Below are positions 11,175-23,222 of a DNA stretch of 64,000 bases, piece after piece. The DNA is taken from NCBI GenBank assembly GCA_951406725.2, contig OX597816.1:56544001-56608000 (forward strand), in the 5' to 3' direction. A model generated the notes under the pieces. It ran no database searches and had not been told where the DNA came from. It saw only the letters and a list, made by a program, of their open reading frames with translations. Within the stretch, counting starts at the first letter, position 1. Every line of letters starts with the position of its first letter. The DNA is from Octopus vulgaris (Eukaryota). Position numbers and translations under genes: made by a program.

Positions 11175-12115
11175 ATATTCTTTTCTACTCTGGGTACAAG
11201 GCTCGAAATTTTTGGTGAGGAGGCCAGTCGATTATATCGACCCAGTACGCAACTGGCACTTAATTTCGAAAGGACGAAAGGCAAAGTCGACCTCGGCGGA
11301 ATTTGAACAAATAATGTAAAGACAGACAAAATACCGCTAAGTATTTCGTCCGGCGTGCTAACGCTTCTTAATTCTTTATTGCCCAGAAGGGGCTAAACAG
11401 GGGGGGGGGGTCAAACAAGGACAGACAATGAGATTAAGTCGATTATATCGATCCCAGTGCGCAACTCGTACTTAATTTATCGACCCCGAAAGGATGAAAG
11501 GCAAAGTCGACCTCGGCGGAATTTGAACTCAGAACATAACGGCAGACGAAATAACTATTTCTTTACTACCCACAAGGGGCTAAACACAGAGGGGACAAAC
11601 AAGGACAGACAAACGCTAAGCATTTCACCCGGCGTGCTAATGTTTCTGCCAGCTCGCCGCCTTTACATTGACAAATATTTATTTTCTACTCAAAGTACAA
11701 AGCCCGAAATTTTTGGTGAGGAGGCCAATCGATTATATCGAACCCAGTACGCAACTGGTACTTAATTTATCAACCCCGAAAGGATGAAAGGCAAAGTCGA
11801 CCTCGGCGGAATTTGAACTCAGAACGTAAAGACAGACGAAATACCGCTAAGTATTTCGCCCGGCCGGCGTGCTAACGCTTCTTATTTCTTTACTACCCAC
11901 AAGGGGCTAAACACAGAGAGGACAAACAAGGACAGACAAACGGATTAAGTCGATTACAACGACCCCAGTGCGTAACTGGTACTTATTTAATCGACCCCGA
12001 AAGGATGAAAGGCAAAGTCGGCCTCGGCTGAATTTGAACTCATAACGTAACGGCAGACGAAATACGGCTACGCATTTCGTCCGGCGTGCTAACGTTTCTG
12101 CCAGCTCACCGCCTT
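11175..12115 (-). mobile_element. Tandem/nested cluster of tRNA-derived SINEs (body GTCGACTTTGCCTTTCATCCTTTCGGGGTCGAT) with two alternative 3' tails
   Basis: Four bodies (~11175-11368, 11370-11662, 11676-11882, 11883-12115) plus a tail-only insert at 11555-11613; B-box GAGTTCAAATTCC. Confidence 0.85.
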
Positions 12116-12318
12116 ACCATGACACATATGATTTTAATTATTCGCTCACGTGCATGCGGCCAAGGGCATATTTACAGTTATCGATTCATATGCATCTATA
12201 CTGCTTTATCTGTATGTTATTTATTTAGATATTGTTTATACTTGTAAATATTTCTATAGACGGATATGCCAAAACTATCATAACCATGCATTCAGCTAGA
12301 TATACCTTTCTTTATAGC

Positions 12319-12480
12319 AGGTGTGGCTGTGTTGTAAGAAGCTTGCTTCCCAACCACATGGTTCCGGGTTCAGTCCCACTGCGTGGCACTTTGAGCAAGT
12401 GTCTTCTGCTATAGCCTTGAGCTGACCAAAACCTTGTGAGTGGATTTGGTAGGCGAAAACTGAAAGAAGCCCGTCGTGTA
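12319..12480 (+). mobile_element. CORE-type tRNA SINE, 3'-truncated
   Basis: Matches the 5' half of the copies at 46918 and 45318. Confidence 0.85.
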
Positions 12481-12669
12481 TATAGGGAAACAGTTCTTTT
12501 TTTATTTAACTGTTTTTTATAAAAAAATAAATTTTTCCTATGTATGGTGACATTTGAATCACCCTTTATAAAACTACTTCCGCTATCTACCTACACCACA
12601 CCCAATTATCATTCTGCATAGTTCCACCTTTCCAAAACCAAAAACCAAAACAAGTAGTCGTGTAAAGTA

Positions 12670-12711
12670 CAGTCTGACGACGTTGATGAAACCGAAACCT
12701 GCGGGTCACTG
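12670..12711 (+). ncRNA. Type I hammerhead ribozyme motif
   Basis: cagt-CTGACGA-c-gtt-gatga-aac-c-GAAA-cc-tgcg-gg-TC-actg; helix I cagt/actg, helix III ACC/GGT, GUC cleavage triplet. Confidence 0.65.
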
Positions 12712-13083
12712 ATATCATTTTATACACACGCACGCACACACACATATATGTATGTATAAATCACAGACTCGCCCGTCGTTCGACGATGTATGGGGGTTCT
12801 GCAGTTTCTTGCTGAACAACCACAGAGATGATTTGTTTATATTGCTCAAATGTTTCTGCTCACATAATCTCACGCACTCCATCAAATTGACATTATATAC
12901 ACACACATACACACGCATGTATGTGTATGTATGCACATATGTATGTATATCGTATGTATGTATATCGTGGACCAGTATATTACTGGTTATAGTATATAAC
13001 TGATCAGTAAGTTACCGTCGGTTTCGCACAGATGATTTCACTTGACAATATTGATGACTCTTTACCACTTTTTTTCGTGTTAA

Positions 13084-13123
<40 letters not shown>

Positions 13124-13127
<4 letters not shown>

Positions 13128-13633
13128 CTAATGTAGGATGAAATTTTTTTCGAAAAAAATTGTTATCAATGGCTAGCATATCAAAAAAATACCTTTAAAG
13201 GTTAAATGTATAAATAACTTACAAAATAAGGGCAAAAGAAAAATTCTAATGCCAAATATGCCGAAAAACGACAAAATTGTCAATAACCATTATAATTTAT
13301 GCGTCTCGAAACATGCCGATAGAAATTTCTAAAAAAAATTCCGTTATTTCCGTATTGGTCCCAATTTCGGGGTTAATTCATAAGAATTTTTCACTCGTCA
13401 GCGATAAATACGTAAAACATAAATGTAAATGCTTACTCATACCCATGGAAAAAGCAAGCACTAAGTCCTGAGCACACCTAAGTACCCCAAATTTATCCAA
13501 AATAGAAAATCTTCAGCACATCTCGAGACACGTGATTCGATCAAGAAACTTTCACAGAGTTTAAAAGTATTTTTTGATATGCTGGCCATTGATAAAATTT
13601 TTTTCGAAAAAATTTTTATCCTACATTAGTTAT
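13124..13633. mobile_element. MITE-like element with ~75-bp terminal inverted repeats at a (TA)n tract
   Basis: 13124-13199 (ATAACTAATGTAGGATGAAA...) is the reverse complement of 13560-13633. Confidence 0.7.
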
Positions 13634-16600
13634 AAATTTAATAGTGTTCACTTCCGGAATCCCTCACGCTGTGAAAGTTTCTAGATCCCCATCTTCCCCT
13701 TACATCCTCTAAAATGTTGAAAATTTCGACCTCACCTTCCTAACCTTCACCCTCTCAAATTCCTGTCTCTGGAATGTTGAAGATTTCTACCTCCCCTTAC
13801 TCCCATTCAATATCTGAAATCCCCCTCTCTTCAAGGGCCTATATAGTGTATATAGACTCAGGGGTCTATATAAGAACATATAGTGTATATTGGTCCAGGG
13901 GGCCTAGATTATAGAGACACTTGTTCCTATATACAGAATATAGTCCAAGGGGCTTATAAAGTGTATATAGGTCCAAGGGCCTATATAATGTGTATAGGCT
14001 CAGGGGGCCTATAGTGTATATAGGCCCAGGGTTACTATAGTGTATATAGGCCCACGTTGCCTATATACACTATATTGGACCAGGGGGCCTATATAGACTA
14101 CACAGACTCCCTGTCCCTATATGGATTTGTTGAAAATTTTGAAAAACTGTTACAGGATTTTGGTGAAAATTTTGAAACCCTTTCGGAAGGAATTTGATGA
14201 AAATTTTAAAAACTTTTAGAGGATTTTGGTGAAAATTTTGAAAAACTTTTCAAAGGGATTTGTAGAAAATTTTGAAAAACCGTTTGAAGAAATTTGATGG
14301 AAATTTTGACAAACATTTCAAAGGAATTCGAGGAAACTTTTGAAAAACGCTTCTAAGGAATATGAGGAAAATTTTGAAAATCTTATAGAGGATTTTGGTG
14401 AAAATTTCGACAAACTTTGCGAAGGAATTTGAGGAAAATTTTGAAGAAACTTTCAAAGGACTTTGAGGAAAATTTTGAAGTAATTTAAGAGGATTTTGGT
14501 GAAAATTTCGACAAACTTTCCAAAGGAATTTATGTGAAAATTTTGAAAAACACTTCCAAGTAATTGGAATGAAAATTTTGAAAACTTTCAAAGGAATTCA
14601 ATGAAAATTTTGTAAAAAATTTCGCGTAACAATGAAAAGTTTTATCAAAATTTTCATCAAACGCTTCTCGAAATTTTTTCAAATTTCATTGAAATGTTTT
14701 TCAAAAGTTTCATAAAATTCCTTTTAAATATTTTTTCAAACTTTTCATCAAAATCCTATACGGGTGCAGAAGTGGCAATATAGGCCCAGGTGTTACTAGA
14801 GTCTGCTTAGGAGACTATATAAGCTAATTATACCTATGGGTCCCAATATAGACAATATAGGCCGAGTTGTGACCTATATAGATTGAATAAGACCCTGGCC
14901 TATATAGCATATAACGTACCGGTGGGGCGCGAAATAGCCTAAAAAGGACCCGTGGGCGTATATATTTTTGCAATTTTTCATCATATTCCTTTGAAAAATT
15001 CATCAGAAATTTGCAGGAAAATCAATTGAAAATGCTTTGAAAATTTCCTCCGTATCCTATACAGGTGCAGAAGTTGCAATATAGACCCATTTTTTTTTCA
15101 GAGGCTATATAGGCTCATTCAGTATTGGCAGATATGCACAATATAGTGTATATAAGCCCAGAGGCCTATACAGTGTATATAGATTCGAGGGCCTATATAA
15201 TGTAGATAGGCCCAATGGGCTTATGGCACATAGTGGACCAGGAGGCCTGCACTATACAGGCACTTGTCCCTATATAATCTCTATATAATCTCTATATGCC
15301 CAGATGCCCGCATACTGTATATAGGCCAAGAGGCATCTATAATGGCCAAGGGGGTACATACAGGCACTGCATGCATATTTAGACTATACAGACACCTGTC
15401 TCTATATACATTACATATGCCCAGGGCCAATATCGTGTATATAGGCCAATGGGTTATTAAGTGTATATAGACACAGGGGCCTATATAAAGAATACAGGCC
15501 CAGGGGGCCAGTAGTGTATATTGGACCTTGGAACCTAGACTATACACGACCTTCTCCATACATATACTATATAGGCCCAGAGGTCTATATAGCCTATATA
15601 GGCCTAGGTGCCTATATAAGATATATAGGTACAGGGGCCTTATATTGTATATAGCTACAGGGGGCCTATATACACTATACAGCCCTCATGTCCCTAGTGT
15701 ATATAGACTCAGGGGCCTATATAATGTAGACAGGCCCAAGGGGCTTATAGTACATAGTGGACCAGGAGGCCTGCAATATACAGGCACTTGTCCCTATATA
15801 CTCTCTATATGCCCAGATGCCCGTATACTGCATATAGGCCAATAGGCCTATATAAAGTATATGGGCCAAGGGGGTCTATAGTGCATACAGGCACTGCAGG
15901 CATATTTAGACTATACAGACACGTGTCTCTATATACATTATATATGCCAAGGGCCAGTATCGTGTATATAGGCCCATGGGCCTACATAGTGTATATAGAC
16001 ACACGGGCCTATATGAATACAGGCCCAGGGGGGCTAATAGTGTATATTGGGCCAGGATGCCTGCACTATACAGGCACCTATCCCTATATACTCTCTATAC
16101 GCCCAGATGCTGTATATAGGCCCAGTGGCCCATATAATATATGTAGGTCAAGAGCGTCTATAGTGCATGCCTATATAGACTTTAAAGACACCAGTCTCTA
16201 TATACATTATATATGCCCAGGGTCAATATCGAGTATATAGGCCCATGGGCCTACCGAGTGTATATAGACACAGGGGCCTATATAATGAATACAGGCCCAG
16301 GGGACTAATAGTGTATATTGGGCCAGGGACTATACACGACATTCTCACTATATATACTATATAGGCCCAAGGTGCTTATATACACTATATTAGAGCAGGG
16401 AGCCTATAAAGACTAAACAGCCCTTTTGTCCCTACATAGATTTCATGAAAATTTTGAAAGTCTTTTAGAGGATTTTGATGAAAATTCTGAAAAACTTTTA
16501 GAGGATTTTGTTATATGACGTTGTGTTAAATGACGTGAAAGGACGTGACGTTGTATGGCTTGAAATGACGTGACATTAAGTGACGTTGAATGAGTCCTAT

Positions 16601-19022
16601 GCAATCTATATAGGCCCCTACTCGGCCTATATTTTCTATATTGGCACTCATGCGTATAAAGTCTCCTAACTTATATAGTCTCCTAAGCAGACTCTAGTAA
16701 CACCTGGGCCTATATTGCCACTTCTGCACCTATATAGGATTTTGATGAAAATTTTGAAAAAATATTTAAAAGGAATTTCATGAAACTTTTGAAAACATTT
16801 CAATGGAATTTGATAGAAATTTTAAAAACTTTCCAAAGTGTTCCATGAAAATTCTGAAAAAATTCCGAGAAGCGTTTGATGAAAATTTTGATAAAAATTT
16901 TCAGTGATTCACGAAATTTTTTTCAAAAATTTCATCAAATACCTTTGAAAAGTTTTACAAAATTTTGATCAAATTCCTTAAAAATGTTTTTTAAAATTCT
17001 CATCGAATTCTTTTGAAAGAGGCCTCTTGGCCTATATACAGTATACGGGCATCTGGGCATATAGAGATTATATAGGGACAAGTGCCTATATAGTGCAGGC
17101 CTCCTGGTCCACTATGTGCTATAAGCCCCTGGGCCTATCTACATTATATAGGCCCTCGAATCTATATACACTTTATAGGCCTATACACTGTATAGGCCTC
17201 TGGACTTATATACACTATATTGTGCATATTTGCCCATACTGAATGAGCCTATATAGCCTCTGAAAAAAAAATGGGTCTATATTGCAACTTCTGCACCTGT
17301 ATAGGATACGGATGAAAATTTTCAAAGCATTTTCAATTGATTTTCCTGCAAATTTCTGATCAATTTTTCAAAGGATTATGATGAAAAATTGCAAAAATAT
17401 ATACGCCCACGGGTCCTTTTTAGGCTATTTCGCGCCCCACCGGTATGTTATAAGCTAAATAGGCCCAGGGTCTTATTCAATCTATATAGGTCTCAACTCG
17501 GCCTATATTGTCTATATTGGCACCCATAGGTATAATTAGCTTATATAGTCTCCTAAGCAGACTCTAGTAACACCTGGGCCTATATTGCCACTTCTGCACC
17601 CGTATAGGATTTTGATGAAAAGTTTGAAAAAATATTTAAAAGGAATTTTATGAAACTTTTGAAAAACATTTCAATGAAATTTGATGAAAATTTTCAAAAC
17701 TTTCCAAAGTGTTCCATGAAAATTCTGAAAAAATTTCGAGAAGCGTTTGATGAAAATTTTGATAAAACTTTTCATTGTTACGCGAAATTTTTTACAAAAT
17801 TTTCATTGAATTCCTTTGAAAGTTTTCAAAATTTTCATTCCAATTACTTGGAAGTGTTTTTCAAAATTTTCACATAAATTCCTTTGGAAAGTTTGTCGAA
17901 ATTTTCACCAAAATCCTCTTAAATTACTTCAAAATTTTCCTCAAAGTCCTTTGAAAGTTTCTTCAAAATTTTCCTCAAATTCCTTCGCAAAGTTTGTCGA
18001 AATTTTCACCAAAATCCTCTATAAGATTTTCAAAATTTTCCTCATATTCCTTAGAAGCGTTTTTCAAAAGTTTCCTCGAATTCCTTTGAAATGTTTGTCA
18101 AAATTTCCATCAAATTTCTTCGAACGGTTTTTCAAAATTTTCTACAAATCCCTTTGAAAAGCTTTTCAAAATTTTCACCAAAATCCTCTAAAAGTTTTGA
18201 AAATTTTCATCAAATTCCTTCCGAAAGTGTTTCAAAATTTTCACCAAAATCCTGTAACAGTTTTTCAAAATTTTCAACAAATCCATATAGGGACAGGGAG
18301 TCTGTGTAGTCTAAAGAGGCCCCCTGGTCCAATATAGTGTATATAGGCAACGTTCTAGAGGGGGGGATTTGAGAGGGTGTAAGGGGAAGATGGGGATCTA
18401 GAAACTTTCACAGAGTGAGGGATTCCGGAAGTGAACACTATTAAATTTATAACTAATGTAGGATAAAATTCTTTTCAAAAAAATTTTATCAATGGCCAGC
18501 ATATCAAAAAATACTTTTAAACTCTGTGTAAGTTTCTTGATCGAATCACACGTGTCTCGAGATGTGCTGAAGATTTTCTATTTTGGATAAATTTGGGGTA
18601 CTTAGGTCTCTAATGTATATAGAGACACGTTTCTGTATAGTCTAAATATGATTGCAGTGCCTGTATGCACTATAGACCCCCTTGGTCCATATACTTTATA
18701 TAGGCCTATTGGCCTATATGCAGTATACAGGCATCTGGGCATATAGAGAGTATATAAGGACAAGTGCCTCTATATTGCAGGCCTCCTGGTCCACTATGTA
18801 CTATAAGCCCCCTGGGCCTGTCTACATTATATAGGCCCCTGAGTCTATATACACTATATAGGCCTATGGGCCTATATACACTGTATAGTGCATATTCGCC
18901 CATATTGAATGAACCTATATAGCCTCTGAAAAAAAAACCTGGGTCTATATTGCAACTTCTGCACCTGCATAGGATGCGGATGAAAATTTTCAAAGCATTT
19001 TCAAATGATTTTCCTGCAAATT
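13477..19022. repeat. Foldback-like complex of long inverted arms built from two degenerate ~30-bp minisatellites
   Basis: 13477-13710 is inverted at 18372-18607 and ~14035-15335 at ~17020-18352. Extra inverted pieces at 16600-16960 and 18608-19022. Repeat types GAAAATTTTGAAAAACTTT and GGCCTATATA. Confidence 0.9.
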
Positions 19023-19377
19023 TCTTTTTTTATTTTCTCTTTCATTTGTGTGTATTGTGTCTTATCTAGTTCATGGATTCCTAAATATTTGTAAGTTTGG
19101 CTTTGGTCTAATTCTCTTATTTCATTGGCTTTATCTAGTGTGATGTTGCTACTCTTAACTAGTTTTCTTCTTTTCAGGGTTACTTTGGCGCATTTTTCTA
19201 ATCCAAATTTCATATCTATTTCTTTGGTGAATCCATGAACTGTCTTTAATAGTGTTTCCAGCTGTTTGTCATTTGTAGCGTATAGTTTTAGGTCATCCAT
19301 ATATAAGAGGTGGCTGATCGTTTTGCCGTAACATTTATATCCGCATCCAGTTCTATTTAGCATATCAGATAGAGGTG
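19022..19377 (-). mobile_element. R4/Dong-clade LINE fragment (RT), 5' end at (TAA)n
   Basis: ISHLLYMDDLKLYA, MKFGLEKCA, YKYLGI; (ATT)n at 19378-19423. Confidence 0.85.
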
Positions 19378-19425
<48 letters not shown>

Positions 19426-19789
19426 CTGTAACCTCATTGTTAATATGTAGTTGATGTTACTGCTCTTCAGTACTGAAATTTGTAAACATGTTCTACAAAA
19501 TTTCATAATTATTTTTCAATATTTTTTCCTTTCCTTTAGAGGAGGAGAAAGTATATCTTACAAACAAGAATTATGTTTATTTCTGGAATAACGAGAAAAA
19601 CAACAACAACAACAAAACGATAGAAATGCTACTTTTGTGTTTGTTGTTGAATAAATATTTGTTTGTGTTTTGTTTGTGTACGTCAGCCGGCATTGATTAA
19701 AGAAGAAGAAAGAGAAAGAAAGAGCTGACGTAGAAATGCTAACCTTGTCAGCGTTTACAATATGGCAAAAATATTAGACAAAACATTTT

Positions 19790-19790
19790 T

Positions 19791-19834
<44 letters not shown>

Positions 19835-19935
19835 CATAGTAGTAGTAGTATTTGAAGTAGTAGTAGTAGTAGCAGCAGCAGCAGTAGCTGTTATTGTTGT
19901 AGGAGCAGCATCATTATTATTATTATTATTATTAT

Positions 19936-19991
<56 letters not shown>

Positions 19992-19992
19992 A
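19790..19992. repeat. (GTA)n/(GCA)n/(ATT)n compound trinucleotide repeat
   Basis: Seen directly. Confidence 0.95.
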
Positions 19993-20389
19993 TGACTTCT
20001 GCAGTCAACAGCATCAGTGGTTGCAGTAATCAAGTTGTAAAGAATAGAGAACGTTTCCCGTTACGGAAAAGAGAGAGAAAGAAATACTTTAGCATTAAGG
20101 GAGAAATGTTGATGTTTTGGGTTAGTTCTCCACACAGAGTAGAAGCAGAAGAGGTGGAGAAATATATATTCGAATAAAACAGACAAGGAGATGTAAGCAA
20201 GATGTCGGCAAATGACGATTGTTGTACGCAGGTCGAAGATTGGACTATTCAGGAGGGTGCAGTGTAAGGTATCGAAGAATCTATGTAATGTGTGGTTCTG
20301 ATACCTTTTGTGAGAGAATTGTGGTGACGGTATTTGTGTTGGCGTATGTTGCTAGAGATAAACATGAGTCGTTTGACTGCAACATATGA

Positions 20390-20640
20390 ACAACAACAGA
20401 CGTCCCGTGCGAAGGTGGAAGGTTAGTTGTTGTTCACGTTGTAACCGAGATATGGGAGAAGTATGGTGTAAGACATTCCTGCAGAGTTGAAGTGAGGTAT
20501 GGCTGAGGTCGTTGATGTGGTGAGCTACAGGAGATCCAGTGTTCTCTAAACAGCCGGCCACATAGTCGGCTTTCTATACAAGAGAAAATATTTCTGAGAT
20601 GAAGGTTCAGGTAGGAAGGATGAGTTGTTAAATACTGCTG
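20390..20640 (-). mobile_element. Degraded Penelope-like GIY-YIG endonuclease fragment
   Basis: Across frames: SRLCGRLFREH, SPVAHHIN, RLQREQQLTFHLRT, typical of the PLE endonuclease C-terminal half. Confidence 0.55.
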
Positions 20641-22559
20641 GGGTAATGGTGTAATGAAGGTACAAGTGTAGCCGCGGGTTTGGAAAGAGATATAAATTTC
20701 GAGCCGAGTGTGTGCAGGGCCTCTTCCCTTGCTCAAGAATTTTTTTCTGTCTTCATTCTTTTCCTACTACATAGACCACAATCTGAAGCTTGAGACCTCT
20801 CTATTTCTTCCTCACAATATACAAATAACTACATACAATATATTTTTATTCTCTGTGTTTGCTCGCTCGCGCATTCTTTTCGGTATTTTTTCATGTTCCG
20901 TTTGTTCTTGATACATTCTCGCTAGACTGGCCATCAATCGGGCACGGTCAACCAGTCAGGTTATCGAATTATGATCAAGTCAGATTACACGAAAACTACA
21001 AGGTGTTTTTGAGAAGCTGATAATTTCTAATATAAATACATATATATTCATGTAATTATGCTAACACACACACACAATTCACACAGATTAAAACACACAA
21101 GATTGTATAAGATAGACTGTGTGTCTGTGTGTGTGTTTGCGTGTGTGTGCGTGTATTTATTTGTTAACTGCTTCAAATGTTTGTAGTGTGTCGCCACTGG
21201 CTGACATCGACTTCTTTCAACATTATTGATTCAGAGAAAGATTTTTCAAATCAACTTTTAATATTTTTATCAATGTTCGTTAATTATCGCTGTTGTCATT
21301 TATCTTGAGGTCAAAGTTCATTGAACTGACCTATGATCAAAAGTATTGCAGCCGTGACCATCCCATCTGGTGTCGGATATCTAAAACTACTTTGTATAAT
21401 GTGGCCTTCCTTAGTTACAATTTCATTTGAGGAAGAATGTTGCTGTCATTTCTAACAGTTCGATCAATCACTTTGATGATCTTTCATTGATTAATTGCAA
21501 AGAATGGTGATCTGGTACTGCTAACTTTGGTAGGTTGTAATGAATGGAGGAGATTCAGTGCTTCTAGCATCGCCTAGTAGTAATGAAAAGTGAGTTCAAG
21601 TTGAGAACGTTGGTGAGTTGTGGTGAATAAGTATTTAATGGCATCAACGTTGGTTCGGTTTAATGATTGGAGATTTTAGCGTTGCTAACGTTTGCTGATA
21701 CAATTGATTGGTGATTTAGTGTGACACATCAAATACATGAATCGTTCCTACTAAGGAATATTTCACGAGGTAACTCTATCGAACTTTTAATAATTACGAG
21801 TATTGTGTTCTTTATTTTCGTCTTCATAAATGGTTTGGAATGTTGCGAACATTCCAAAGGAAGGTCACCACTGTGTTTATACAGGGGAAAAAACCATGAT
21901 TGTTCTTCTTCATGTCTATATTTGACAAAAGCAGCCAACACGGAAGAGATTTGCATTGATTTAGATCCGTCAAATTTCGTAAATCTGCATCAATCTCTCT
22001 TATCTAAACATTTACTGCACCAAAGATGGAACCAAGGGATTTTATATTTAGGAATCAATTATGTGCTTTTTTCCAATTCTAATATTAAATCATTCACAGA
22101 CTTGTAGCCAGGTAGAAAGAAAATTGATGCTACTAGATGGTATAAACTTTGGTTAAAATCTACGCTGTTTGTTGGAAATAACGCAACGAAAGAACATTTT
22201 TAAACATTCTTATAAAACAATTTTATAAGAAACCTTAAAACAATAATCTTACTCAAAGTTTGGTGATCGAACTGATTAGAAATATTGTTTTGGTTCTATT
22301 TCCTCTACACAAAAAATTGTTGTTGATCCCCGGTGCTGACATATTTCAGTCTTAAAAGACTTTGCAGATATGAACAACTGAGACGACACCACGGTTCTAG
22401 ATCAAGAAGTTTATCATGAAAAACTGCTCCATGGTGGTGTAGAGGGCTGGACATTAGATTATAACGTCACCGCGAGTCTCTTTATGTCTGTCACACCGTG
22501 GTATAATAAAAGGGAAGATGCTAGAATAATGTTCAGGATTGAGGCTGATATTGGCTTCG

Positions 22560-22756
22560 ACTTTTAGCACCAGGACGGTAATTTCGAGAGAGGGTGTAAA
22601 TCATTCACATCGACGCCAGTGCTTAACTGGTGTTTCCTTTATCGATGCCGAAGTGATAGAAGGCAAAGTCGTTCTCGTTGGAATTTGAACTCAGAGATTG
22701 GAAAACCGCTAAGCAATTTGCCCGATGCGGTAACGATTCTGCCAGTTCGCCGCTAT
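22560..22756 (-). mobile_element. Diverged tRNA SINE (same family as 11175-12115)
   Basis: GAAGGCAAAGTCG..GGAATTTGAACTCAG..GCCAGTTCGCCGC. Confidence 0.75.
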
Positions 22757-22774
22757 AGACCGAGATAAATAAAG

Positions 22775-22989
22775 AAATCCCTCATCTATCGCGGGTGTTA
22801 CGTTCCAAAAAACTCCGTGATAGGTGAAAATCCGCGAAGTAGAAACAGTACTGTATATTTTTTAAAATTATTTTTTAATTTGTATATATTTATTTTATTA
22901 TAAAATGCAAAACAACACCACGGAGAAATTGACGTAAGCTTAAATAATAAACCGTGATAGGTGAACCGCGTTATGGCGAGGGATTACTG
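22775..22989. mobile_element. Tigger/pogo-like MITE
   Basis: Right TIR CCGCGTTATGGCGAGGGATTACTG followed by TA; degenerate left TIR AATCCCTCATCTATCGCGG; internal repeat CCGTGATAGGTGAA twice. Confidence 0.65.
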
Positions 22990-23013
22990 TATTAACAATA
23001 TGGATGAGCAGAA

Positions 23014-23222
23014 AGGCGGCAAGCTGCCAGATACGTTAGCACGCCGGGCGAAATTCTTAGCGTCCGTCTTTACGTTCTGAATTCAAATTCCACCGAGGTC
23101 GACTTTGCCTTTCATCCTTTCGGGGTCCTTAAATTAAGTACCAGTTACGTACTGGAGACGATTTAATCGACTGGCCCCTTCCCCAAAGATTTCGGGCCTT
23201 ATGCCCTAGAGGAGAAAAGAAT
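23014..23222 (+). mobile_element. tRNA SINE with tail type A
   Basis: Head GGCGGCAAGCTGCCAGA, shared body, tail ...TTTCGGGCCTTATGCCCTAGAGGAGAAAAGAATA. Confidence 0.85.

Noticed and set aside
14120-16510. CRISPR-like or iteron-like periodic repeats
   Set aside because: Degenerate tandem units without unique spacers, no cas genes, eukaryotic context.
14250-18309. K/F-rich ORFs 14250..14591 and 17816..18157, and Y/I/G/P-rich ORFs at 15264-16240
   Set aside because: Stop-poor minisatellite translations, duplicated by the inverted arms; no domain motifs.
21720-22410. Possible degraded Penelope RT on the minus strand
   Set aside because: Only vague motif resemblance; no catalytic motif recoverable by eye.
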